The position numbers and the translations under genes are program-made. From Balanoglossus misakiensis (taxonomy: Eukaryota; Animalia; Hemichordata), in contig CM082589.2 of assembly GCA_040954595.2 (NCBI GenBank), positions 7,127,186 to 7,191,185 on the forward strand: a stretch of 64,000 bases of DNA, written 5' to 3'. Below are positions 39,976 to 57,979 of the stretch, in pieces; position 1 is the stretch's first letter; every line of letters starts with the position of its first letter. The notes beneath the pieces were generated by a model. The model was not told the DNA's origin. It saw only the letters and a list, made by a program, of their open reading frames with translations, and made no database searches.

Positions 39976-42900
39976 ACAATTTTTCGACTTTGCGAAATCT
40001 CAAAATTTCTTCAATTTTTGATAAAAATCATGGGTTATAGCTCATGAAAATCATCATAAAATGACAATTTTTCGACTAAGCGAAATCTCAAAATTTCGTC
40101 AATTTTTGATAAAAATCATGGGTTATAGCTCATAAAAATCATCAAAAAATGAAAATTTTTCGATTAAGCGAAATCTCAAAATTTCGTCAATTTTTGATAA
40201 AAATCATGGGTTATAGCTCATGAAAATCATCAAAAAATGACAATTTTTCGACTTTGCGAAATCTCAAAATTTCTTCAATTTTTGATAAAAATCATGGGTT
40301 ATAGCTCATGAAAATCATCAAAAAATGACAATTTTTCGACTTTGCGAAATCTCAAAATTTCGTCAATTTTTGATAGAAATCATGGGTTATAGCTCATGAA
40401 AATCATCAAAAAATGACAAATTTTTGACTTTGCGAAATCTCAAAATTTCTTCAATTTTTGATAAAAGTCATGGGTTATAGCTCATGAAAATCATCAAAAA
40501 ATTACGAATTTTCGACTTTGTGAAATCTCAAAATTTCTTCAATTTTTGATAAAAATCATGGGTTATAGCTCATGAAAATGATCAAAAAATGACAAATTTT
40601 CGACTTTGCGAAATCTCAAAGTTTCGTCATTTTTTGATAGAAATCATGGGTTATAGCTCATGAAAATCATCCAGAAATGACAATTTTTCGACTTTGCGAA
40701 ATATCAAAATTTCGTCAATTTTTGATAGAAATCATGGGTTATAGCTCATGAAAATCATCAAAAAATTACGAATTTTCGACTTTGCGAAATCTCAAAATTA
40801 CTTCAATTTTTGATAAAAATCATGGGTTATAGCTCATGAAAATGATCAAAAAATGACAAATTTTCGACTTTGCGAAATCTCAAAGTTTCGTCATTTTTTG
40901 ATAGAAATCACGGGTTATAGCTAATGAAAATCATCCAGAAATGACAATTTTTCGACTTTGCGAAATATCAAAATTTCTTCATTTTTTTGAAAAAAGCATG
41001 GGTTATAGCTCATGAAAATCATCCAGAAATGACAATTTTCGACTTTGCGAAATATCAAAATTTCTTCATTTTTTTGAAAAAAGCATGGGTTATAGCTCAT
41101 GAAAATCATCCAGAAATGACAATTTTTTGACTTTGCGAAATATCAAAATTTCTTCATTTTTTTGAAAAAAGCATGGGTTATAGCTCATGAAAATCATCCA
41201 GAAATGACAATTTTCGACTTTGCGAAATATCAAAATTTCTTCATTTTTTTGAAAAAAGCATGGGTTATAGCTCATGAAAATCATCCAGAAATGACAATTT
41301 TTCGACTTTGCGGTATTTCGAAATTTGGCCGATTTTTGAAAAAATCATGGGTTATAGCTCAGGAAAATCGTCAAAAAATGACAATTTTTCGACTTTGCGA
41401 AATATCAAAATTTCTTCATTTTTTTGAAAAAAGCATGGGTTATAGCTCATGAAAATCATCCAGAAATGACAATTTTTCGACTTTGCGAAATATCAAAATT
41501 TCTTCATTTTTTTGAACAAAGCATGGGTTATAGCTCATGAAAATCATCCAGAAATGACAATTTTTCGACTTTGCGAAATATCAAAATTTCTTCATTTTTT
41601 TGAACAAAGCATGGGTTATAGCTCATGAAAATCATCCAGAAATGACAATTTTTTGACTTTGCGAAATATCAAAATTTCTTCATTTTTTTGGAAAAAAGCA
41701 TGGGTTATAGCTCATGTAAATCATCCAGAAATGACAATTTTTCGACTTTGCGAAATATCAAAATTTCTTCATTTTTTTGAAAAAAGCATGGGTTATAGCT
41801 CATGAAAATCATCCAGAAATGACAATTTTTCGACTTTGCGAAATATCAAAATTTCTTCATTTTTTTGAACAAAGCATGGGTTATAGCTCATGAAAATCAT
41901 CCAGAAATGACAATTTTTCGACTTTGCGAAATATCAAAATTTCTTCATTTTTTTGAAAAAAGCATGGGTTATAGCTCATGAAAATCATCCAGAAATGACA
42001 ATTTTTCGACTTTGCGAAATATCAAAATTTCTTCATTTTTTTGAAAAAAGCATGGGTTATAGTTCATGAAAATCATCCGGAAATGACAATTTTTCGACTT
42101 TGCGAAATATCAAAATTTCTTCATTTTTTTGAACAAAGCATGGGTTATAGCTCATGAAAATTATCCAGAAATGACAATTTTTCGACTTTGCGAAATATCA
42201 AAATTTCTTCATTTTTTTGAACAAAGCATGGGTTATAGCTCATGAAAATCATCCAGAAATGACAATTTTTCGACTTTGCGAAATATCAAAATTTCTTCAT
42301 TTTTTTGAAAAAAGCATGGGTTATAGCTCATGAAAATCATCCAAAAATGACAATTTTTCGACTTTCCGAAATATCAAAATTTCTTCATTTTTTTGAACAA
42401 AGCATGGGTTATAGCTCATGAAAATCATCCAGAAATGACAATTTTTCGACTTTGCGAAATATCAAAATTTCTTCATTTTTTTGAACAAAGCATGGGTTAT
42501 AGCTCATGAAAATCATCCAGAAATGATAATTTTTCGACTTTGCGAAATATCAAAATTTCTTCATTTTTTTGAAAAAAGCATGGGTTATAGCTCATGAAAA
42601 TCATCCAGAAATGACAATTTTTCGACTTTGCGAAATATCAAAATTTCTTCATTTTTTTGAACAAAGCATGGGTTATAGCTCATGAAAATCATCCAGAAAT
42701 GACAATTTTTCGACTTTGCGAAATATCAAAATTTCTTCATTTTTTTGAACAAAGCATGGGTTATAGCTCATGAAAATCATCCAGAAATGACAATTTTTCG
42801 ACTTTCCGAAATATCAAAATTTCTTCATTTTTTTGAAAAAAGCATGGGTTATAGCTCATGAAAATCATCCAAAAATGACAATTTTTCGACTTTGCGAAAT

Positions 42901-45900
42901 ATCAAAATTTCTTCATTTTTTTGAACAAAGCATGGGTTTTAGCTCATGAAAATCATCCAGAAATGACAATTTTTCGACTTTGCGAAATATCAAAATTTCT
43001 TCATTTTTTTGAAAAAAGCATGGGTTATAGCTCATGAAAATCATCCAGAAATGACAATTTTTCGACTTTGCGAAATATCAAAATTTCTTCATTTTTTTGA
43101 ACAAAGCATGGGTTATAGCTCATGAAAATCATCCAGAAATGACAATTTTTCGACTTTGCGAAATATCAAAATTTCTTCATTTTTTTGAACAAAGCATGGG
43201 TTATAGCTCATGAAAATCATCCAGAAATGACAATTTTTCGACTTTGCGAAATATCAAAATTTCTTCATTTTTTTGAAAAAAGCATGGGTTATAGTTCATG
43301 AAAATCATCCGGAAATGACAATTTTTCGACTTTGCGAGAAATCAAAATTTCTTCATTTTTTTGAAAAAAGCATGGGTTATAGCTCATGAAAATCATTCAG
43401 AAATGACAATTTTTCGACTTTGCGAAATATCAAAATTTCTTCATTTTTTTTGAAAAAAGCATGGGTTATAGCTCATGAAAATCATCCAGAAATGACAATT
43501 TTTCGACTTTGCGAAATATCAAAATTTCTTCATTTTTTTGAAAAAAGCATGGGTTATAGCTCATGAAAATCATTCAGAAATGACAATTTTTCGACTTTGC
43601 GAAATATCAAAATTTTTCATTTTTTAAAAAAAAGCATGGGTTATAGCTCATGAAAATCATCCAGAAATGACAATTTTTCGACTTTGCGAAATATCAAAAT
43701 TTCTTCATTTTTTTGAAAAAAGCATGGGTTATAGCTCATGAAAATCATCCAGAAATGACAATTTTTTGACTTTGCGAAATATCAAAATTTCTTCATTTTT
43801 TAAAAAAAGCATGGGTTATAGCTCATGAAATTCATCCGGAAATGACAATTTTTTGACTTTGCGAAATATCAAAATTTTTCATTTTTTAAAAAAAGCATGG
43901 GTTATAGCTCATGAAGAAATGCTATAACCCATGCTTTTTTCAAAAAAATGAAGAAATTTTGATTTCTCGCAAAGTCGAAAAATTGTCATTTCCGGATGAT
44001 TTTCATGAGCTATAACCCATGCTTTTTTTAAAAAAATGAAGAAATTTTGATATTTCGCAAAGTCGAAAAATTGTCATTTCCGGATGATTTTCATGAACTA
44101 TAACCCATGCTTTTTTCAAAAAAATGAAGAAATTTTGATATTTCGCAAAGTCGAAAAATTGTCATTTCTGGATGATTTTCATGAGCTATAACCCATGCTT
44201 TTTTCAAATAAATGAAGAAATTTTGATATTTCGCAAAGTCGAAAAATTGTCATTTCTGGATGATTTTCATGAGCTATAACCCATGCTTTTTTTTAAAAAA
44301 ATGAAAAATTTTGATATTTCGCAAAGTCGAAAAATTGTCATTTCTGGATGATTTTCATGAGCTATAACCCATGCTTTTTTCAAAAAAATGAAGAAATTTT
44401 GATATTTCGCAAAGTCAAAAAATTGTCATTTCTGGATGATTTTCATGAGCTATAACCCATGATTTCTATCAAAAATTGAAGAAATTTTAAGATTTCGCAA
44501 AGTCAAAATATTGTCATTTCTGTCAAAATTTCTTCATTTTTTTAAAAAAAGCATGGGTTATAGCTCATGAAAATCATCCGGAAATGACAATTTTTCGACT
44601 TTGCGAGAAATCAAAATTTCTTCATTTTTTTGAAAAAAGCATGGGTTATAGCATTTCTTCATGAGCTATAACCCATGCTTTTTTTTAAAAAATGAAAAAT
44701 TTTGATATTTCGCAAAGTCAAAAAATTGTCATTTCCGGATGAATTTCATGAGCTATAACCCATGCTTTTTTTAAAAAATGAAGAAATTTTGATATTTCGC
44801 AAAGTCAAAAAATTGTCATTTCTGGATGATTTTCATGAGCTATAACCCATGCTTTTTTCAAAAAAATGAAGAAATTTTGATATTTCGCAAAGTCGAAAAA
44901 TTGTCATTTCTGGATGATTTTCATGAGCTATAACCCATGCTTTTTTTTAAAAAATGAAAAATTTTGATATTTCGCAAAGTCGAAAAATTGTCATTTCTGA
45001 ATGATTTTCATGAGCTATAACCCATGCTTTTTTCAAAAAAATGAAGAAATTTTGATATTTCGCAAAGTCGAAAAATTGTCATTTCTGGATGATTTTCATG
45101 AGCTATAACCCATGCTTTTTTCAAAAAAATGAAGAAATTTTGATATTTCGCAAAGTCGAAAAATTGTCATTTCTGAATGATTTTCATGAGCTATAACCCA
45201 TGCTTTTTTCAAAAAAATGAAGAAATTTTGATTTCTCGCAAAGTCGAAAAATTGTCATTTCCGGATGATTTTCATGAACTATAACCCATGCTTTTTTCAA
45301 AAAAATGAAGAAATTTTGATATTTCGCAAAGTCGAAAAATTGTCATTTCTGGATGATTTTCATGAGCTATAACCCATGCTTTGTTCAAAAAAATGAAGAA
45401 ATTTTGATATTTCGCAAAGTCGAAAAATTGTCATTTCTGGATGATTTTCATGAGCTATAACCCATGCTTTGTTCAAAAAAATGAAGAAATTTTGATATTT
45501 CGCAAAGTCGAAAAATTGTCATTTCTGGATGATTTTCATGAGCTATAACCCATGCTTTTTTCAAAAAAATGAAGAAATTTTGATATTTCGCAAAGTCGAA
45601 AAATTGTCATTTCTGGATGATTTTCATGAGCTAAAACCCATGCTTTGTTCAAAAAAATGAAGAAATTTTGATATTTCGCAAAGTCGAAAAATTGTCATTT
45701 TTGGATGATTTTCATGAGCTATAACCCATGCTTTTTTCAAAAAAATGAAGAAATTTTGATATTTTGCAAAGTCGAAAAATTGTCATTTTTGATGATTTTC
45801 ATGAGCTATAACCCATGATTTCTTTCAAAAATTGACGAAATTTTGAGATTACGCAAAGTCGAAAATTCGTCATTATTGATGATTTTCATGAGCTAAACCC

Positions 45901-48900
45901 ATGATTTTTATAAAAAATTGAAGATTTTTTGAATTTTCGGGAAATCGAAAAATTGTCATTTTTTGATGATTTTCATGAGCTATAACCCATGATTTCTATC
46001 AAAAATGACGAAACTTTGATATTTCGCAAAGTCGAAAAATTGTCATTTCTGGATGATTTTCATGAGCTATAACCCATGCTTTTTTCAAAAAAATGAAGAA
46101 ATTTTGATATTTCACAAAGTCGAAAAATTGTCATTTCTGGATGATTTTCATGAGCTATAACCCATGATTTCTATCAAAAATTGAAGAAATTTTGAGATTT
46201 CGCAAAGTCAAAATATTGTCATTTCTGGATGATTTTCATGAGCTATAACCCATGCTTTTTTCAAAAAAATGAAGAAATTTTGATATTTCGCAAAGTCGAA
46301 AAATTGTCATTTCTGGATGATTTTCATGAGCTATAACCCATGATTTCTATCAAAAATTGAAGAAATTTTAAGATTTCGCAAAGTCAAAATATTGTCATTT
46401 CTGGATGATTTACATGAGCTATAACCCATGCTTTTTTCAAAAAAATGAAGAAATTTTGATATTTCGCAAAGTCGAAAAATTGTCATTTCTGGATGATTTT
46501 CATGAGCTATAACCCATGCTTTTTTCAAAAAAATGAAGAAATTTTGATATTTCGCAAAGTCGAAAAATTGTCATTTCTGGATGATTTTCATGAGCTATAA
46601 CCCATGCTTTTTTCAAAAAAATGAAGAAATTTTGATATTTCGCAAAGTCGAAAAATTGTCATTTCTGGATGATTTTCATGAGCTATAACCCATGCTTTTT
46701 TTTAAAAAATGAAAAATTTTGATATTTCGCAAAGTCGAAAAATTGTCATTTCTGGATGATTTTCATGAGCTATAACCCATGCTTTTTTCAAAAAAATGAA
46801 GAAATTTTGATATTTCGCAAATTCGAAAAATTGTCATTTCTGGATGATTTTCATGAGCTATAACCCATGCTTTTTTAAAAAAAAATGAAGAAATTTTGAT
46901 ATTTCGCAAAGTCGAAAAATTGTCATTTTTGGATGATTTTCATGAGCTATAACCCATGCTTTTTTCAAAAAAATGAAGAAATTTTGATATTTCGCAAAGT
47001 CGAAAAATTGTCATTTCTGGATGATTTTCATGAGCTATAACCCATGCTTTTTTCAAAAAAATGAAGAAATTTTGATATTTCGCAAAGTCGAAAAATTGTC
47101 ATTTCTGGATGATTTTCATGAGCTATAACCCATGCTTTTTTTTTAAAAAATGAAAAATTTTGATATTTCGCAAAGTCGAAAAATTGTCATTTCTGGATGA
47201 TTTTCATGAGCTATAACCCATGCTTTTTTCAAAAAAATGAAGAAATTTTGATATTTCGCAAAGTCGAAAAATTGTCATTTCTGGATGATTTTCATGAGCT
47301 ATAACCCATGCTTTTTTCAAAAAAATGAAGAAATTTTGATATTTCGCAAAGTCGAAAAATTGTCATTTCTGGATGATTTTCATGAGCTATAACCCATGCT
47401 TTTTTCAAAAAAATGAAGAAATTTTGATATTTCGCAAAGTCGAAAAATTGTCATTTCCGGATGATTTTCATGAGCTATAACCCATGCTTTTTTTAAAAAA
47501 ATGAAGAAATTTTGATATTTCGCAAAGTCGAAAAATTGTCATTTCCGGATGATTTTCATGAGCTATAACCCATGCTTTTTTCAAAAAAATGAAGAAATTT
47601 TGATATTTCGCAAAGTCGAAAAATTGTCATTTCTGGATGATTTTCATGAGCTATAACCCATGCTTTTTTCAAAAAAATGAAGAAATTTTGATATTTCGCA
47701 AAGTCGAAATATTGTCATTTCTGGATGATTTTCATGAGCTATAACCCATGCTTTTTTCAAAAAAATGAAGAAATTTTGATATTTCGCAAAGTCGAAAAAT
47801 TGTCATTTCTGGATGATTTTCATGAGCTATAACCCATGCTTTTTTCAAAATAATGAAGAAATTTTGATGTTTCGCAAAGTCGAAAAATTGTCATTTCTGG
47901 ATGATTTTCATGAGCTATAACCCATGCTTTTTTTTAAAAAAATGAAAAATTTTGATATTTCGCAAAGTCGAAAAATTGTCATTTCTGGATGATTTTCATG
48001 AGCTATAACCCATGCTTTTTTCAAAAAAATGAAGAAATTTTGATATTTTGCAAAGTCAAAAAATTGTCATTTCTGGATGATTTTCGTGAGCTATAACCCA
48101 TGCTTTTTTCAAAAAAAATGAAGAAATTTTGATATTTCGCAAAGTCGAAAATTGTCATTTCTGGATGATTTTCATGAGCTATAACCCATGCTTTTTTCAA
48201 AAAAATGAAGAAATTTTGATATTTCGCAAAGTCGAAAAATTGTCATTTCTGGATGATTTTCATGAGCTATAACCCATGATTTCTATCAAAAAATGACGAA
48301 ACTTTGAGATTTCGCAAAGTCGAAAATTTGTCATTTTTTGATCATTTTCATGAGCTATAACCCATGATTTTTATCAAAAATTGAAGTAATTTTGAGATTT
48401 CGCAAAGTCGAAAATTCGTAATTTTTTGATGATTTTCATGAGCTATAACCCATGATTTCTATCAAAAATTGACGAAATTTTGAGATTTCGCAAAGTCGAA
48501 AAATTGTCATTTTTGATGATTTTCATGAGCTATAACCCATGATTTCTTTCAAAAATTGACGACAATATTTTGACTTTGCGAAATATCAAAATTTCTTCAT
48601 TTTTTTGAAAAAAGCATGGGTTATAGCTCATGAAAATCATCCAGAAATGACAATATTTTGACTTTGCGAAATATCAAAATTTCTTCATTTTTTTGAAAAA
48701 AGCATGGGTTATAGCTCATGAAAATCATCCAGAAATGACAATTTTTCGACTTTGCGAAATATCAAAATTTCTTCATTTTTTGAAAAAAGCATGGGTTATA
48801 GCTCATGAAAATCATCCAGAAATGACAATATTTCGACTTTGCGAAATATCAAAATTTCTTCATTTTTTTGAAAAAAGCATGGGTTATAGCTCATGAAAAT

Positions 48901-51900
48901 CATCCAGAAATGACAATTTTTCGACTTTGCGAAATATCAAAATTTCTTCATTTTTTTGAAAAAAGCATGGGTTATAGCTCATGAAAATCATCCAGAAATG
49001 ACAATTTTTCGACTTTGCGAAATATCAAAATTTCTTCATTTTTTTGAAAAAAGCATGGGTTATAGCTCATGAAAATCATCCAGAAATGACAATTTTTCGA
49101 CTTTGCGAAATATCAAAATTTCTTCATTTTTTTGAAAAAAGCATGGGTTATAGCTCATGAAAATCATCCAGAAATGACAATTTTTCGACTTTGCGAAATA
49201 TCAAAATTTCTTCATTTTTTTGAAAAAAGCATGGGTTATAGCTCATGAAAATCATCCAGAAATGACAATTTTCGACTTTGCGAAATATCAAAATTTCTTC
49301 ATTTTTTTTGAAAAAGGCATGGGTTATAGCTCATGAAAATCATCCAGAAATGACAATTTTTCGACTTTGCGAAATATCAAAATTTCTTCATTTTTTTGAA
49401 AAAAGCATGGGTTATAGCTCATGAAAATCATCCAGAAATGACAATATTTCGACTTTGCGAAATATCAAAATTTCTTCATTTTTTTGAAAAAAAGCATGGG
49501 TTATAGCTCATGAAAATCATCCAGAAATGACAATATTTTGACTTTACGAAATATGAAAATTTCTTCATTTTTTTGAAAAAAGCATGGGTTATAGCTCATG
49601 AAAATAATCCAGAAATGACAATTTTTTGACTTTGCGAAATATCAAAATTTCTTCATTTTTTTGAAAAAAGCATGGGTTATAGCTCATGAAAATCATCCAG
49701 AAATGACAATTTTTCGACTTTGCGAAATATCAAAATTTTTCATTTTTTTAAAAAAAAGCATGGGTTATAGCTCATGAAAATCATCCAGAAATGACAATTT
49801 TTCGACTTTGCGAAATATCAAAATTTCTTCATTTTTTTTGAAAAAAGCATGGGTTATAGCTCATGAAAATCATCCAGAAATGACAATTTTTCGACTTTGC
49901 GAAATATCAAAATTTCTTCATTTTTTTGAAAAAAGCATGGGTTATAGCTCATGAAAATCATCCAGAAATGACAATTTTTCGACTTTGCGAAATATCAAAA
50001 TTTCTTCATTTTTTTGAAAAAAGCATGGGTTAAAGCTCATGAAAATTATCCAGAAATGACAATTTTTCGACTTTGCGAAATATCAAAATTTCTTCATTTT
50101 TTTGAAAAAAGCATGGGTTATAGCTCATGAAAATCATCCAGAAATGACAATTTTCGACTTTGCGAAATATCAAAATTTCTTCATTTTTTTGAAAAAAGCA
50201 TGGGTTATAGCTCATGAAAATCATCCAGAAATGACAATTTTTCGACTTTGCGAAATATCAAAATTTCTTCATTTTTTTGATAAAAGCATGGGTTATAGCT
50301 CATGAAAATCATCCAGAAATGACAATTTTCGACTTTGCGAAATATCAAAATTTCTTCATTTTTTTGAAAAAAGCATGGGTTATAGCTCATGAAAATCATC
50401 CAGAAATGACAATTTTTCGACTTTGCGAAATATCAAAATTTCTTCATTTTTTTGAAAAAAGCATGGGTTATAGCTCATGAAAATCATCCAGAAATGACAA
50501 TTTTTCGACTTTGCGAAATATCAAAATTTCTTCATTTTTTTGAAAAAAGCATGGGTTATAGCTCATGAAAATCATCCAGAAATGACAATTTTTCGACTTT
50601 GCGAAATATCAAAATTTCTTCATTTTTTTGAAAAAAGCATGGGTTATAGCTCATGAAAATCATCCAGAAATGACAATTTTTCGACTTTGCGAAACATCAA
50701 AATTTCTTCATTATTTTGAAAAAAGCATGGGTTATAGCTCATGAAAATCATCCAGAAATGACAATTTTTCGACTTTGCGAAATATCAAAATTTCTTCATT
50801 TTTTTGAAAAAAGCATGGGTTATAGCTCATGAAAATCATCCAGAAATGACAATATTTCGACTTTGCGAAATATCAAAATTTCTTCATTTTTTTGAAAAAA
50901 GCATGGGTTATAGCTCATGAAAATCATCCAGAAATGACAATTTTTCGACTTTGCGAAATATCAAAATTTCTTCATTTTTTTGAAAAAAGCATGGGTTATA
51001 GCTCATGAAAATCATCCAGTAATGACAATTTTTCGACTTTGCGAAATATCAAAATTTCTTCATTTTTTTGAAAAAAGCATGGGTTATAGCTCATGAAAAT
51101 CATCCAGAAATGACAATTTTTCGACTTTGCGAAACATCAAAATTTCTTCATTATTTTGAAAAAAGCATGGGTTATAGCTCATGAAAATCATCCAGAAATG
51201 ACAATTTTTCGACTTTGCGAAATATCAAAATTTCTTCATTTTTTTGAAAAAAGCATGGGTTATAGCTCATGAAAATCATCCAGAAATGACAATATTTCGA
51301 CTTTGCGAAATATCAAAATTTCTTCATTTTTTTGAAAAAAGCATGGGTTATAGCTCATGAAAATCATCCAGAAATGACAATTTTTCGACTTTGCGAAATA
51401 TCAAAATTTCTTCATTTTTTTGAAAAAAGCATGGGTTATAGCTCATGAAAATCATCCAGAAATGACAATTTTTCGACTTTGCGAAATATCAAAATTTCTT
51501 CATTTTTTTGAAAAAAGCATAGGTTATAGCTCATGAAAATCATCCAGAAATGACAATTTTTCGACTTTGCGAAATATCAAAATTTCTTCATTTTTTTGAA
51601 AAAAGCATGGGTTATAGCTCATGTAAATCATCCAGAAATGACAATATTTTGACTTTGCGAAATCTTAAAATTTCTTCAATTTTTGAAAAAAGCATGGGTT
51701 ATAGCTCATGAAAATTATCCAGAAATGACAATTTTTCGACTTTGCGAAATATCAAAATTTCTTCATTTTTTTGAAAAAAGCATGGGTTATAGCTCATGAA
51801 AATCATCCAGAAATGACAATTTTTCGACTTTGCGAAATATCAAAATTTCTTCATTTTTTTGAAAAAAGCATGGGTTATAGCTCATGAAAATCATCCAGAA

Positions 51901-54340
51901 ATGACAATTTTTCGACTTTGCGAAATATCAAAATTTCTTCATTTTTTTGAAAAAAGCATGGGTTATAGCTCATGAAAATCATCCAGAAATGACAATTTTT
52001 CGACTTTGCGAAATATCAAAATTTCTTCATTTTTTTTCGAAAAAAGCATGGGTTATAGCTCATGAAAATCATCCAGAAATGACAATTTTTCGACTTTGCG
52101 AAATATCAAAATTTCTTCATTTTTTTGAAAAAAGCATGGGTTATAGCTCATGAAAATCATCCAGAAATGACAATTTTTCGACTTTGCGAAATATCAAAAT
52201 TTCTTCATTTTTTTGAAAAAAGCATGGGTTATAGCTCATGTAAATCATCCAGAAATGACAATATTTTGACTTTGCGAAATCTCAAAATTTCTTCAATTTT
52301 TGATAGAAATCATGGGTTATAGCTCATGAAAATCATCCAGAAATGACAATTTTTCGACTTTGCGAAATATCAAAATTTCTTCATTTTTTTGAAAAAAGCA
52401 CGGGTTATAGCTCATGAAAATCATCCAGAAATGACAATTTTCGACTTTGCGAAATATCAAAATTTCTTCATTTTTTTGAAAAAAGCATGGGTTATAGCTC
52501 ATGAAAATCATCCAGAAATGACAATTTTTCGACTTTGCGAAATATCAAAATTTCTTCATTTTTTTGAAAAAAGCATGGGTTATAGCTCATGAAAATCATC
52601 CAGAAATGACAATTTTTCGACTTTGCGAAATATCAAAATTTCTTCATTTTTTGAAAAAAGCATGGGTTATAGCTCATGAAAATCATCCAGAAATGACAAT
52701 TTTTCGACTTTGCGAAACATCAAAATTTCTTCATTATTTTGAAAAAAGCATGGGTTATAGCTCATGAAAATCATCCAGAAATGACAATTTTTCGACTTTG
52801 CGAAATATCAAAATTTCTTCATTTTTTTGAAAAAAGCATGGGTTATAGCTCATGAAAATCATCCAGAAATGACAATTTTTCGACTTTGCGAAATATCAAA
52901 ATTTCTTCATTTTTTTGAAAAAAGCATGGGTTATAGCTCATGAAAATCATCCAGAAATGACAATATTTCGACTTTGCGAAATATCAAAATTTCTTCATTT
53001 TTTTGAAAAAAGCATGGGTTATAGCTCATGAAAATCATCCAGAAATGACAATTTTTCGACTTTGCGAAATATCAAAATTTCTTCATTTTTTTGAAAAAAA
53101 GCATGGGTTATAGCTCATGAAAATCATCCAGAAATGACAATATTTTGACTTTGCGAAATATCAAAATTTCTTCTTTTTTTGAAAAAAGCATGGGTTATAG
53201 CTCATGAAAATCATCCAGAAATGACAATTTTTCGACTTTGCGAAATATTAAAATTTCTTCATTTTTTTTGAAAAAAGCATGGGTTATAGCTCATGTAAAT
53301 CATCCAGAAATGACAATTTTTCGACTTTGCGAAATATCAAAATTTCTTCATATTTTTGAAAAAAGCATGGGTTATAGCTCATGAAAATCATCCAGAAATG
53401 ACAATTTTCGACTTTGCGAAATATCAAAATTTCTTCATTTTTTAAAAAAAAGCATGGGTTATAGCTCATGAAAATCATCCAGAAATGACAATTTTTCGAC
53501 TTTGCGAAATATCAAAATTTCTTCATTTTTTTGAAAAAAGCATGGGTCATAGCTCATGAAAATCATCCAGAAATGACAATATTTTGACTTTGCGAAATAT
53601 CAAAATTTCTTCATTTTTTTGAAAAAAAGCATGGGTTATAGCTCATGAAAATCATCCAGAAATGACAATATTTTGACTTTGCGAAATATCAAAATTTCTT
53701 CTTTTTTTGAAAAAAGCATGGGTTATAGCTCATGAAAATCATCCAGAAATGACAATTTTTCGACTTTGCGAAATATCAAAATTTCTTCATTTTTTTGAAA
53801 AAAGCATGGGTTATAGCTCATGAAAATCATCCAGAAATGACAATATTTCGACTTTGCGAAATATCAAAATTTCTTCATTTTTTTGAAAAAAACATGGGTT
53901 ATAGCTCATGAAAATCATCCAGAAATGACAATTTTTCGACTTTGCGAAATATCAAAATTTCTTCATTTTTTTGAAAAAAGCATGGGTTATAGCTCATGAA
54001 AATCATCCAGAAATGACAATTTTTCGACTTTGCGAAATATCAAAATTTCTTCATTTTTTGAAAAAAGCATGGGTTATAGCTCATGAAAATCATCCAGAAA
54101 TGACAATTTTTCGACTTTGCGAAATATCAAAATTTCTTCATTTTCTTGAAAAAAGCATGGGTTATAGCTCATGAAAATCATCCAGAAATGACAATTTTTC
54201 GACTTTGCGAAATATCAAAATTTCTTCATTTTTTTGAAAAAATCATGGGGTATAGCTCATGAAAATCATTTCTTCATATTTTGACAAAAAGCATGGGTTA
54301 TAGCTCATGAAAATCATCAAAAACTGACAATTTTTCGACT
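39976..54340. repeat. 88-bp AT-rich satellite array (~160 monomers) with internal inversions
   Basis: Monomer gacaatttttcgactttgcgaaatatcaaaatttcttcatttttttgaaaaaagcatgggttatagctcatgaaaatcatccagaaat. Forward 39976-43913, reverse 43921-44522, forward 44523-44652, reverse 44660-48560, forward 48561-54340. Confidence 0.98.
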
Positions 54341-54607
54341 TAAAAAACGTACATGTAAGAACCACGATTTCTGTTAAGAACCGAGGCAACGTGTATAAAT
54401 AAATTCCTATCTAAGAACCTTGATGGTGTCGGAGGGATAAATTACAATAATTGTTAATTAATAATGAGAAATTATCGTCGCATCGACTTAAAATATGACT
54501 TTGAAAGCTAGAACCTCGAATATTTTTGACTTTTAAGGCAGAAAAACGTAAGAACCACGATTTTTGTAAAGAACCACGGCAACGTGTATAAATTCCTCTC
54601 TAAGAAC
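54341..54607. repeat. ~189-bp tandem repeat, ~1.4 copies (right flank of satellite)
   Basis: Same unit and orientation as 39359-39975. Confidence 0.9.
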
Positions 54608-54703
54608 CTGTAAGGACACCTCTGGGATGGGAAAATCTGTCCTTAATAGAGAGGTGTCCTGATTAGAGAGGTGTCCGTATACGTAATGATAGGTTTCACT
54701 GTA
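54608..54703. mobile_element. Right part of a Tc1/mariner-type MITE whose left TIR is at 39348-39358
   Basis: ctgtaaggacacc...gagaggtgtcc...ggtttcactgta; the end is the reverse complement of tacagtgaaac at 39348. Confidence 0.7.
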
Positions 54704-54761
54704 CTATGATCATCAACTCTGCTCTCCATCGTGTTATTGCAGTGTACACAGGCGTTGAAGA

Positions 54762-57979
<3,218 letters not shown>

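Noticed and set aside
39976-54340. Regular repeat array as a CRISPR array or coding repeat (ORFs MKKAWVIAHENHPE...)
   Set aside because: Monomers are contiguous with no unique spacers, there are no cas genes, and the context is eukaryotic. The 88-bp period is not a multiple of 3, so the ORFs are incidental.
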